Shown piece by piece: positions 27,483-39,674 of a DNA stretch of 64,000 bases (its first letter is position 1; each line of letters begins with the position of its first letter). The stretch covers positions 1,240,001-1,304,000 of the forward strand of contig JANJGN010000041.1 of the NCBI GenBank assembly GCA_026770705.1, given 5' to 3'. Source of the stretch: Isurus oxyrinchus. Lineage: Eukaryota. A program made the position numbers and the translations under genes. Under the pieces are notes generated by a model. It did no database searches and was not told where the DNA came from. It saw only the letters and a list, made by a program, of their open reading frames with translations.

Positions 27483-27800
27483 TTAATTGCCCATCCCTAT
27501 TTGCCCCATGAGAACGTGTGAGCTGTCTCCTTGAGCCGCTGTCTTCCCGTGTGCTTTAGGTACTCCCAAAGAGCTGATAGGGAGCGAGTTCCAGGATTTG
27601 AGACAGAAGATGTGCAGTAATTGTGGTATAGTTCCAATCAGAATGGTTTGGTGCTTGGAGAGGTACCTTAAATGATTACAATCCCCTGTGCCCACAACCC
27701 TTGTCCTAACAAGCAGTGGGGATCATGGGTTTGGAAAGCTGTGCTGAAGGATCCTCGGTGTTTTATTGCAGCGCACCTTGGTGATGATATACACTGAAGC
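27483..27800 (-). mobile_element. LINE 3' end fragment (second family)
   Basis: TAATTGCCCATCCCTATTTGCCC is the inverted tail of the family. Confidence 0.6.
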
Positions 27801-28044
27801 CATTGAGAGCCATGTGGAGACATCCTCCTCATTTTTGATCAGATGCCACGAGGCTTCACGGGATGTGGAGTGAACGTCGAGTGCTCCCGGAAACATACCT
27901 TCGTGACTCAGGTGAGACTGCCCTGCCGCTGTGGATGATAATTCCCAGGGACAGTGAATTAGAAATCTGGGCTTGTGGCTTCAAGCTATGATTGGATACG
28001 GGATGCTAAGTCAGCCAGTTGATCGATTAGTCTGTGGGACAGCT

Positions 28045-29601
28045 CTTTCAATTCAGAGTGGGCTCTGTGTTCAGCGAGGTCTCTGTGTTCAGCGTGGATC
28101 CTGTTTTGAATGTGGGCTCTGTGTTCAGCGTGGTCTCTGTGTTCAGTGTCTGCTCTGTGTTCAAAGTGGGCTTTGTGTTCCGTGTGGGCTCTGTGTTAAG
28201 TGTGTGTTCTGTGTTCTGACTGTGCCCACTTTCAGTGTAGGCTCTATGTGCAGAGTGGGCTTTGTGTTCAGTGGGTGCTCTGTGTTCAGAGTGTGTCCTG
28301 TGTTCATGTGGGCTCTGTGTTCTGTGTGGGTACTTTGTTCAGTGTGAGCTCTTTGTTCATTTTTGAGTTTTCTGTTCACTGTGGGCTCCGTATTCAGAAT
28401 GGTCTCTGTGTTCAGTGCGATCTCTGTAAGCAGTTAGGGCTCTGTGTTCAGTTTTGGCTCTGTGCTCAGTTTGGTCTCTTCATTACAATATTTAAACCTG
28501 ATGGATGTTGATAAACGTAACCACACAGCAGCTGTGGTCAGTGTTTTTGTCAGTATTCAGTGTGGGCCCTGGATTAAATGTGGGCCTTCTGCTCAGAGTG
28601 GGCCCAGTGTTCGAGTTGGCCCTGTGATCAGATTAGTACTTTGTTCAAAGAAGGCCTTGTGTTCAGAATGGGCCCTGTGTTCAGCGTGTGCCCTGTGCTC
28701 AGATTCAGCCCTTTGTTTAACGTGGACCTGACTTCAGTGTGGGCCCTGTGTTCAGTGTGAGCTCTGTGTTCAGTGTGGTATGCCTTCAATGTGGGCCCTG
28801 TGTTCTGTATTGACTCTGTGTTCGGTGTGGGTATTGTTTTCAGTACAAGGTCTGTGTTCATTGTGGTCTCTGTGTGCAGAGTGAGGTGTGTTTTCAGTTT
28901 TGGGCTCAGTATTCAGTGTGGGCTATGCGTTCATTCTGGAGCTTGTGTTCAGTTTTGGTTCTGTGTTCAGAGTGGGCCCTGTGTTCAAAGCGGGCCCTTT
29001 GTACAATGCGGGCCCATGTTCAGAGTGGACACACTGTTCTGTGTGATCTCTGTGTGCATTTAGGGCTCTGTGTTCATTGTGGGCTCTGTATTCATCATGG
29101 GCTTTGTGTTCTGTGTGGGCCTCGGAATCAGTGTGGGCTCTGTGTTCAGAGTGGGCTCCGTGTTCAGAATGGCCCCTGAGTCCCTAATGGGCCCTGAGTT
29201 CAGAGTGTGCTCCGTGTTCAGTGTGGGCTGCTTCATCAGTGTGGCCTCCATGTTCAGAGAGGGCATGTGTTCATCGTGGGCTCGGTGTTCAGAGAGGGGT
29301 CTGTGTTCTGAGTGGGCTCTGTGTTCAGTGTCTGCTCTCTGTTCATAGTGGGCCCTGTGTTCAGCGTGATCTCTGTGTCCAGGGTGTGCTCTATGCTCAC
29401 AGCGGCCCCGTGTTCAATGTGGTCTCTTTGTTCAGAGTAGGCTCTGGCTTCAATGTGGGTTCTGTGTTCATCATGGGCCCTGTGTTCAGAGTGGACCCTG
29501 TGTTCAGTGTGGCCCTTGTGTTCAAATTTCATCCTTGTTCAGTGTGGCCTCTGTGTTCTGAATGTGCTCTGTGTTCAGCGTGGGCTCTGTGTTCAGTGTT
29601 C
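28045..29601. repeat. 18-bp minisatellite (GTGGGCTCTGTGTTCAGT)n, roughly 80 diverged units
   Basis: Continuous 18-bp periodicity with a short non-repeat interruption at about 28485-28555. Confidence 0.9.
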
Positions 29602-30959
29602 TAAACACGTCTCCCCTGCTTTCCCCACATTGCCCAGATGTTTAATCCTTTCAATTATTTATGCACCTGATATTCTGGAACTTCCTACTGAATCGGCTTC
29701 CAGGCAGAGCGTTCCAGATCACAACATCTCACGGTGTAAAATTAAATTCACCTCAGCTTCGATATACTTCAGTTTCCACTAACCTAAAATTATCTTCAAT
29801 GTTCTCCTGTTGATCACCAGATCTCGCAGCCTTGAAAGTTCTCTTTGGATAACGAAAAGCCCTGGGAAAGATGTACCCCACGTCCATAATCAGAAACAGG
29901 TTATCCAGTTAGTATTCCTCAGGGCTAAATTGCCAAGGGCAAAGTTTCTCCCTTATGTTACATCACTGACAACACTTTAATATTGATGGCGAAACTCTTT
30001 GGTATATTCTTACACTTTAAGGGCGCTATGGTAAAGCAAACCGTGTTTTGCTCGATTTTTGCATCCACTTCTCCCTTCATCTCCTTCCTTTCCGTATCAA
30101 GCTTGCAATCTATCTTCTCTTTTCATTTCACGCTGTCTTCCCCTCTGTCAATATTTGTATCCGCCCAGTCCTCAATCACCTTCCCCAGCTTCGTTTCGTT
30201 TATTCTCTCTCTTTCTCTAATTCCCTCACCCTCCCTTACTCAGCTGCCCAGGTGGTTAAATAATTCTAAGTTTTCAGTGTTGTGGTTTTGTGAATAATTT
30301 TCCTCTTACACGGAGCTGACCTGTTACCAGTCGCCATCCTGGCTGACAGCCTTTAGCTGGTTAAAGAATGAGCTGTCCCTGAATGTGTGCCATCAGAACA
30401 CTGTCCCTCTATGAGGGCGAAGCTCAAGCTCTCAAATTTTTATTAGCATCAGGTAAGTTCATTGAATGCAAATCTTTGCTTGTATAAGCCTTGGTGAAAT
30501 TTTTATAAACAACTGGCGAAACATTTTCAACGTCCATCATCCATGATAGTGTCCAATGCTTTCAGCCAAATACTAAATATCCTATGGAGTTAAGTGAAAC
30601 GTTTGAAGAGCGGCACCCGTGCTTTGGTTGGCTTCAGGAGGTGGTTGATACATATCATTCAATCAGCACGTCTGTCTAAAGATGGTTGCAAATGATTAAG
30701 CCTTGCCTTTTGAATATATCCATATGAACTTACATCGAGTCGCGCCTCAATCTTCCCAAGCAAATGTGTGGGAAGATGACATTACTCTAGCAGGTGTGCC
30801 AGGAGTGGAAGTCACGAGGGATGTCGATCCAGGCGTAAAATGGAGCAGTCGAGTTGACATTACGCTCCGTTTCTGCCTTTGATGCAAAACATCTGACTCC
30901 CATAGGGTACATCCACTTTCCCAGAGGAGAAACAGGGAAGCTCATGATTCTCAAGGTGT

Positions 30960-31850
30960 TGCACTGACAGACATAAGCACAAACACACACGCGCACAAAC
31001 ACAAACACAGATAAACAGAAACATGCACACACCCACATACACAAACAGAAAGCCTGACACACAGTGACACCATTAGACATAAACACACACACACACACAC
31101 TGTAGCAAACACAGGAACACAATCTGAAACGCAGACACATAGACGTTTGCATAGACACATGCAGAGACAGACAGGCACATGAAAACATACAGACACGCAT
31201 ACACAGACACACGCAATCACACACAAACACTGGCACACATTCACTTTGATAAACACACACACACAATAACACAAACAGGCACACGGATTCAAACACAGGC
31301 ACACAATTGCATGCAGACACACAGAGAGAGAAACAGACTTGCACACTCACACACGACACACATGCTCAGACTCGCATTTACTCGTCCACATACACAGAGA
31401 CTAAAAGCACAGACACATTCACACAAAGAAACACGCACAGACATGCCAAAAGGGTCTCACACTTTCATGCTGACACCCAAACAGGGCATGCACAGGCATG
31501 TGCACCTAAACACAGATGCAAACACACGCATACACATTAGCACATATTATCACTCTCCGACAATCTGTCCCTCTCTCTCTCACACACACACCCACTCACA
31601 AACACAGAGGCACATACACACTAACAAAATCATGCACAGACTGAAACACACGTGTGCACACAACACACATGTCACTCACATGCTGACTTACATATTCACT
31701 CATTCACAACTGCTCACAAATTCACGCAGACACATCCAGACACCCTCTCTTCTCCACTCTCTCTCTTCCAATCCCTAAGACACACACACACACACACACA
31801 CAAACAGACACACACAGACACAAACATACACTCACAGACCCTCACAGTAT
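30960..31850. repeat. Degenerate (CA)n-rich simple repeat
   Basis: CA/CACAGA-rich with pure (CA)n runs. Confidence 0.9.
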
Positions 31851-32609
31851 ATACAATGTCTCTGTTGAGAAGCAGGGTAGAGGACACCTCCCCCAAGAGG
31901 AAACTGACACACCCACACAGTCTGAGGTTAGATGTTCCTTGACTAGGTCCCTGAGTAGGTCAGTGAACAATGCCTGTCGTAAAGAAATTTCTCGAGGTTC
32001 TAATCTAATGGGTTTAGAAACGATCAATATTTTAATGAAAAATCATATCTGAAAAAAATTCTGCAGTTATTTACTAATGAGCCCGCTGTTCAGTGAAGTG
32101 AGCTTGATGCCATATATCTTAACAAAGTGTGATCGACTTCTCATTTAAAGGAATTGTTATGCAACCTGAAACCTATGGATTAAATAGACAGTGACAGGGT
32201 GTGTATGATGTTAAAGAAGACACAGAGAGCGGAGCGAAGTTGTGGAGGATGGTTATTTAGGCAGTCGGGGAGAGCACAATGATGTTCCTTTTGTGTTCAT
32301 ATCATGAGCACTGCAGCTTATGATGCACAAAAACAGCATCACTCTCAACATTTCGTCGCAGTTGACGATTTTCTGAAGGTTTTCTCTGATAAATTCCAGG
32401 CCGGCCGATGCCTAATCAGGCCTGAGCATGATAAGCAGATTCTCCCACAACGGGTTCTAGAGAACATGTAGTCGCAACTGGGGTTTGAGGGAGGGGGGTG
32501 GGGATGGTGGGGGATGGGAGGAGCTGCTCTTTCCGTCTCCTCCTCTTCTCTGATATGGTGCCTTTTTGCTGGATCTCATATGTAACCTTCTGTGCAGAGA
32601 GCATTTTTT

Positions 32610-33500
32610 TCATGTTTGTAGGTAACAGGAATTAAGAAATATAAACGTTGAGGAGGATAGTAGAAATATTAAGGCAGATATGCATAGACGGGTGAAAGGG
32701 AAATACACGGTGCAAATGTAGTGTAATTGAGGTTAGTGTGAAGAATACGATTGCGAGAGTAAATATAAAATTTAAAATCCATAACTTTAAATGTGTTGAG
32801 GGAACAGAGTGGATAGATGTTCAATGATCATCATCACAAGAAGGGCACATCGGTAAGATTGTTAAGAACACACAGAAGGTACTTGACTTTATAAACACCG
32901 GGGTATAGTACAATACTAAGGATCTTCTGTTAAAAATTTTCCCATCACTGGTTAGTCCTCAGTTGAGCTATTGCACCTCATTCGGGTCACTACACAGTAG
33001 AAAGGGTGTGTGGGCCTTGGAATGGTTTCAGCGAAGATTTAATTGACTGGTGTCAGCGATGGGGAATTTCCGTTTTATCTTGAGGCTGGAGAGATAGTAT
33101 TTTTTCTCCTTAGATCGGAAAAGGTAACAGGGAATTGAATAGATGTCTCCAAATTAACGTGGAATTTTGACAGAGTAAGGAGAACCATTTTCATCTCGAG
33201 CAAGGAACAGTGGCACGCTTTTCAACAACTTGAACTGGAGAGGATAGAAATAGAAGAATTTTACAGAGAGTGGTTGTAATGGGGAATGTACAGGTTGAAG
33301 ACATGCTTGAAGCCGATTCATTGGACAGTTTCAAAAGGGAACTGGAGAAATGCGGATAATGGGGGGGGGGGGGGGGGGGGGTGGGGGTGGGGGGTGCAGA
33401 GGGGCACTTTCAGAGCTCTGGACAAAGAGCAGGCAGGAGGGTCCTTAAGGAATAGATGCTTCAGTGATAGCACACAGGCGCTGGGGCAAATGTGTTCCAT
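32610..33500 (+). mobile_element. CR1 LINE 3' portion (RT C-terminus and 3' UTR) with a poly-G tract
   Basis: CTGGTTAGTCCTCAGTTGAGCTATTGC (LVRPQLEYC-like) and a CR1-type 3' UTR. Confidence 0.65.
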
Positions 33501-33869
33501 GCAGGCTGAATTAATATCCCAGTCTACAATTACAGAAAACATCATGCCCGAGTCTCCTGAACAGTATTGATGCTCAGTTGCTCGTGGGTGACAGGTTATT
33601 CCTCACTTATTCGCTCACAAATACGACAGCAAAACAACAAACACATGTTGAGGCAAGTATTGATGGTAATGTTTTTAGTGGAGAATGCTTATGTCTCTTA
33701 TTACAGGCCTGTTGTCATTCAGTGAGTTACAAACACATTGATTTTATTCATGTTTCTGCATATTTGTGTCAGGGTGTGTCTGACTCTGACAATGATGCAT
33801 TTTTGGATTGGTGCTAACCAATGCTTCATCTGCCTGTTCCGGCTGATGTAAAAATACTATGATACTAAC

Positions 33870-34075
33870 TCGATGAAGAACAAGGGAACTCTCCCTAGTG
33901 TCGCTCAATATTCACCCTGCCATCAACGTCAGAATGAAACAGAATATCTGGTCATGAGCACATTGCTGTTTGTGGGAGCTGCTGGGTCTAAAGTAGCTGC
34001 CTCTTCCACTGCATCACAGTAGTGGCTGCACATCAGGGGCCACTTTTCTGATCACCCAGGTCTTTGAAAGTTTTA
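33870..34075 (+). mobile_element. Deu-domain SINE fragment
   Basis: GAAACAGAATATCTGGTCATGAGCACATTGCTGTTTGTGGGAGC. Confidence 0.65.
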
Positions 34076-34339
34076 TCTGTGACCTCACGCTCGATGGAGT
34101 CAAATGCTTTTCACTGATGAACAAATCCGCTGCAGAGAAGTTTAATCAGTTCCAGACAGGACTGTTTGGTTGATCCAGTGACAAATATCATGTATGTGGT
34201 TCCTCTGCATGGCTGGTAAACACACTGGGTTTCCAGAAGGATGATTTCACTTACGGATAGGAGTCGTTCCAGGAGGATTCATGTGCAAAACTCCTGAGGA
34301 TGGGCCATGAGGGATAAATATCTATAGTTGTAAGAGATT

Positions 34340-34960
34340 GATTATCATCTTTGTTTAAACGTGAAATATTGTTGGAATTGCAGATGAATTGAGGTGGGAC
34401 CTATTCGTCCCAGATTTTTGTAAAAACAAGTGTGCGATTTTGAGCGAGGCCAACCGCCCAGTTGATGCCCCAACATTTACATATATCAGTGGTACTGGGT
34501 TAACGTAACAAATACACCACCGGCTGCTGGAGAAATTCCACCAGTGGTATCTCCTCAGGATATTACATTGCAAGTGGGAAGACAGGTGAACCAACTTTTG
34601 TATCCTCCCTGAAATCAGTTCCACAACATTCTTCCCCCGGATCATGTGAAAACAGCTTCACTTGTCTGGATGCGACACGCATATGTCAAATTAAAGTCTC
34701 CTGGAACAGATCCGCTTTTAACTAATTGAGAGTGAAACCTCATCTCAAGGAGACAGAGTAAATGTTTCAAGGACACTCTAACATCCTGAGTAAAACAGAG
34801 ATCAAGAGATATCGCACTTGGGAGGAACTTCTCAATAACTGTGCGATGTGGTAGAACCTCATCCAACAAGCCCCACCCCAGTGACCACATCAACTTTGCT
34901 GTGGAGAAGTGATCAAAATGGAAGGGGAGAAAACCAATCCCAAACTCAGGAAAACAACTT
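34340..34960 (+). mobile_element. RTE-clade LINE 3' remnant
   Basis: ..RRQSKCFKDTLTS.. resembles the RTE motif GGQRKRFKDTLKASL. Confidence 0.55.
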
Positions 34961-35899
34961 TCCTCATGGAATATACTGCTGGTTTTGCCCAAAGACCCAT
35001 GGCTTCAGGATTGGTCTGATGAGTGATCTGACGATGCAGACTGACAGACTTGATCCCCCTTTCAAGGGGATGACTTTGATGATAATGACGACAACGATTC
35101 AGCTCTATATTTAAATATCTTAATAAATGTAACATTGAGGAATATTTGACTCCAAGATCATGCTTCACCAACTAGCTGTCGGATGTCTTTACAATAAGTT
35201 TACATTAAGGACGCCCTTCATCATGTCGTGTGGCACAAACATCTTGCCGATTAGGATTGATTCTGAAGAGATCCAGCAAATCAAACAGAGCATCTATGAG
35301 GCCCTGAAGCCCAATCGCAACATCACTATTGCATCAAACACAATCTTTAACCTCATGGCCACTCATATGACCCAGCAACCACTCCACAGTACTGCAAATC
35401 CTAGTTCATTGACGAGTGCAGGTGGCCATGACAGGAGCAACAGACACCAAACCTAAAAATGTTTTGAGCTCTCTCTGGTGAACTGTGAGATGCAATTTTC
35501 ACTGATCCATACCAAATCCCAATGAAACTCAATACTCTGAATTATATAGTGAGCTCTCCAGGCAGGGGTGAAAACCACTGAGTGTATCCCGCCAACGTAG
35601 AAAAGCCATATTATGGCATGTAAGGTAACCTGGAAAATAATCTGTTTTCAGCAGTGAAATAAGAAAGGAGCGAACTTAATATATCAATTCGTTTCTGAAA
35701 TAAACCAGGAAGAGTAAATTCTAAACACGACCTTCCTGTAATTAGATTGGACTATAGGGAGGTACTTCAAAGTTAGACCAGAATATAAGCAATTGGAAAA
35801 GGAACTGAAAATGCGGCTCCTTGAGCCTGCTCCACCATTAGATAAGATAATGGCTGATCCTCCAGTACTTCCATTTCCATATCCCCTTCTAACCCCAAT

Positions 35900-37300
35900 A
35901 ACCTTTGATTGTTTCCCTATTATGCCCTATTATGCTATCTTCCAGAAATTACATTCGGGATGTCGTAAAGAAGATATTAGAAACTGATGAGACAATTGTG
36001 TTTAAATAGGACAACGGAAGAACGTCGTTTGCCTGGCATGTTGTATCGTATACTGTGTGTCACCCATAAAGCAACATTCTTAGAGGATTAATGCAGGGAT
36101 GTGATGCCAAGTGGAGCATCAGGTTCATGATGGGAGATGGCATTACTAAAACAAGTCACAGCGCATGGAGCACACTCCTTGGACTGGTACGAAAAAAGTT
36201 AGGTCACAATAATTGGGTACTTTCGATGGCAAAGTTAACATTATATCCGATTCCACGATTGCAAAACTCTACTGCGAATATTGGAAAAGCAAATTTCTTA
36301 AGAAATTTTGATTTTATTGAAGGTTTAGTGCCAAGTTGCGTTGACAGATATGGCTTACGAAACATCAGAGTTACACACCCAGAATGTACTTTTTCAATGT
36401 TATATCATGACAGTCGAAATGCAGAAAGGAGCAGTCACATTTCAAAGATTAACCACCAGGGTTATTGAAGGCTTATGTAACTCTGCTGTATATATTTTGG
36501 ATTTGGTTGTATTAAACTAATCTTGGGAGGAACATTTGCAACACTTCAAAGAAGTGTTTCATCGGTTACAAAGAGGCAATTTTGTCATTGATTTGCATCA
36601 AGTGAATTTGCTAAAGCGAAAGTGACTTATTTGGGCCACACTATGTGGAACGCAACGTGATCTCCAAATTAGCAAAAACACGGGCCAACTAGGAATGACA
36701 GTGCTTACGACTAAACAGGAGATTTTGTGGGCTATCAACATAAGTGGATTTTTTCGGAAGTTTGTTCTGAATATAAGCATTGCAGTGTTTCGCCTAAAAA
36801 ATGTTAAAGGAAAGCATTAAAATTAAATGAACAATGGACTGTCGAAGTGCTTTTTGAAAATTTAAATCTGTACTGACCACTGCACCTGTTTTAGCGGCAA
36901 CAACATGCGTAAACTCATTTCAACTGTCTTTTGATGTTAGTGAGTGTTGGCTCAGTTTTACCACAGGGCAGCGAGATGGGGATCGAACGGCCAACCAGTT
37001 ATTTCGCTGGAAAAATAAATTATTGCCAGAGGTAATACTTGGTGTGAAAAGGATAATCTGAATTTAGTGCTGGCTATCAAACAACTTGACGTGTAGTCAT
37101 CAAAAAGTTCTGCAGAAATTGTTTTTTTTTTGCTGACTGGGTTCCTTTATCTGTACCGGCCAAAAAAGTCGAAACAATGATCTATGACTAGTTTGTTGGG
37201 GTTCAATGCTCCCTTATAATTTAAAACTCAGCCATGTAGCAGCGAATTACAATATAATAGCAGATGCATAATCGAGCGCAAAACATACGGCATAAGAGAA
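35900..37300 (+). mobile_element. Gypsy (Gmr1-like) pol remnant: RT and RNase H
   Basis: DGITKTSHSAWSTLL..YPIPRL..IGKANFL..; ..AKVTYLGHT..GFFRKFV..TAPVLAA..GIERPTSYF..NIIADA. Confidence 0.75.
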
Positions 37301-37496
37301 AAGATCATGTGTAATATGGACTTGTATAGAATATGATTCTTATAGATGATTTCTGTTTAGTTAGTGTAATTGCATTATTACAGCTGCAGTAAATCTGTGC
37401 AAGTACGTTAGAAGTAGTAATGAGAGGAGATGGTAAGAGGACATGAAAATTTCTCTTCAAATTAACTTTTAATTTATTTTTATTTTGCGGGTGAAT

Positions 37497-38395
37497 TCAT
37501 AGGAACGATAAATAATTTTAAGTAAGCTACATTTGTACTTGAAGTGTGAAGCCTGGCTTTGGTTTCAGTTTGGAGTTTTGCGAAAATCAGCAGGCCAGAC
37601 TGCTGCCCGCTTTGAAAGCATCCATTTTAGTGATGTTTCACAACGACTGCAATGAAGACATTGCTCACCAATGGGGTTGGTCATTAATTGAACAGAAAAA
37701 AAAGTAGAAAAGAAAAGCGTGCTGTCTACTCGCAACAGGATATCAGAAAGAGTGACACACAGAGGCAGAGAGACAAGAGGGCAACCACTTTGCAGCTTGA
37801 GTTGGTATGAAAATGCCACCGAGTCAAGGCTGGATGGAGAGGCCAAGGGCTCTCACTCACTGGACATGATGACAGATTGTTACGTAACTCAAGGATAATG
37901 CTCTAAATTTAAAGTGGTTCTGCATTTAGAGAGAGTTTTCTGGTTATCTCAAGAGTGATACCAATTATGAATGGCTTTCTAGTAAATGCTAAGTTGCCCA
38001 CTCGAAAATAAACTTCTTTACCAAGGAACCAGCTTTATCCTTGCCCAAAACTCCTGGTACCTGTTCACTTGCGACTGCCCGGGACCTGTAAATGTGTTCC
38101 TTGAATAGCAGGGATAGCCAGAGCTTCTGGTGTTTCTGTGCTGAAATCACCCAAAGGTTTAATTGTTCAGTGTAATAAAGTCATGATTATTGTCAAGTAT
38201 TTTCTTGTTGCAAAGGCAAAGCAGACTCCTGTGAATCTGTTTCACTGAGAAACCTCCACGAATTAAAAGTAAACTTCTTTTAACGTAGTTCATCAAGCAA
38301 AGCAACATTCTGCTTTTTATTTCCATTGTTTCTCCCTCTCTGCTTTTATAAACACGGAGGAGCATTTACAACCTTCCAACACTCAGATCCTAAAC
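37497..38395 (+). mobile_element. Probable 3' LTR of the Gypsy remnant, just upstream of GPCR copy B (paralogous part 52470-53040)
   Basis: Follows the pol remnant, is duplicated upstream of C and has no evident match upstream of A; termini are degenerate. Confidence 0.4.
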
Positions 38396-38509
38396 TAAGG
38401 AGGAATTACATATACTGGTCAGTCCAGCCACTATTCACATCGTTCCTTCCCTCAGCGAAGTGCATACATCCAATCCAGACCATATGAACGTTGTAATTTA
38501 TAGCGAAAT

Positions 38510-38715
38510 AATAACTGTTGGATCGAAAGGAGTTCACTTAATCAATTTGTTCAGTGTGTAACTAATGTCTGTCTCCATGGATGCTAATTGTGTCACTGGG
38601 GAATTTCCCTCTTCTATTAATACCGGGCGTATTACAATGCTTTAGGCCATAGCATTAGCAGGAGAATCTCATCCAGCAGTCACTAGGATCAACGGCTCCT
38701 CAGAAAGCGAGAGGA
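38510..38715 (+). promoter_or_regulatory. Putative conserved promoter/5' block shared by all three GPCR copies (A ~9810-10015 minus, C ~53155-53360)
   Basis: TTTGTTCAGT and CTAATTGTGTCAC are identical in A, B and C at equivalent positions. Confidence 0.5.
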
Positions 38716-38890
38716 TAGATCAGACTCTGAAAAAAAAACAGATTGTAATGTTACAACTATGAATCAGCGTCTGAGAATATTGAATTCGATTGTTGCAACA
38801 ATGAATCACATTGTGAGGACAATATAATTGGATGTTACAACAATGGATCAGAATCTGAGAACAATATATTGGGATGTGACAACAATGGAA
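38715..38890 (+). repeat. 42-bp tandem repeat (about 4 units) across the 5' UTR and N-terminus of copy B
   Basis: In-frame ATGs at 38759, 38801, 38843 and 38885; unit approximately ATGGATCAGAATCTGAGAACAATATATTGGGATGTGACAACA. Confidence 0.85.
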
Positions 38891-39017
38891 CGGAGTTTAT
38901 CCTCAGGAATTTACTATATTTCTCAAGATTGGATATCGTTAGCTGATCGGATCAATGGTGTTCTTGCGGTGATTAATTATGGTTACTATCCCATCCTATC
39001 TATTGTTGGTGTTTCAG
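38843..39017 (+). other. Exon 1 of GPCR copy B
   Basis: 175 nt, open frame, GTAAG donor at 39018. Confidence 0.85.
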
Positions 39018-39674
39018 GTAAGATGCTCTATTCAGCAATCCTTTCCCTAAACCACAAAACTGCATTACCATTAGTGTCTTTAACATTTGTGCAACACTGC
39101 AGCCACGTTCGACTGTTACCATCATAGAGTTTGTTCCATATCCAGATTCTACACTCCCCTCCGGCGCAAATGTCTGATCCTGAACCAAACAGTCACCCAA
39201 GCTGCATTTAATACTGATCTGATTTCTGAGCCCAGATCATCTTCATTCTAAATTTTGTCTGCTATCGGTTCCTTTACACCAGCCACCATCACCTCTGCCT
39301 CAGCCCAACAATAGTTACACTTGGCTTTGCCTTTGATAAGGACAGACTCGACTAATCAAATGTTAATTTAAAAACAAAAAAAAACTGCAGATAACACGCC
39401 GGTTATTCACTGGCTCCTCGTTCAACCCCTTATCTACTCAAAATTCTGGCTCCCCCACCATTCCTGTCTCGCCTGCCCCTGCACCACAGCTCCTGTGTTA
39501 TTCAATCTGTCCTCCCTTCCACAGTGACACAGACCTTCATCTTTCTTCTTTCTGGACCATTGATTTCAATATATTAGAGGAGGCTTTAAAACATCTCAAC
39601 AGAACCTCGATTTTGCTGGCAACTTTGATAACAGTGTAATGTATAATCTTATCGTTTATTTCCATGCTTTGCAG

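Noticed and set aside
27973-29604. Cys-rich ORFs (CGLCVQ repeats) resembling a metallothionein or keratin-associated protein
   Set aside because: They are a by-product of an 18-bp minisatellite; similar ORFs occur in several frames on both strands and are broken by stops.
30787-31942. Long ORFs of up to 199 aa
   Set aside because: They are translations of (CA)n/(TG)n low-complexity sequence.
33361-33395. G-run with G-quadruplex potential (also the C-run at ~2778-2795)
   Set aside because: These are simple homopolymer expansions inside decayed LINEs, with no supporting context.
38598-38609. Perfect NF-kB-like site GGGGAATTTCCC upstream of B
   Set aside because: It is not conserved in A or C, and a similar string occurs inside a CR1 fragment at 33061, so it is probably chance.
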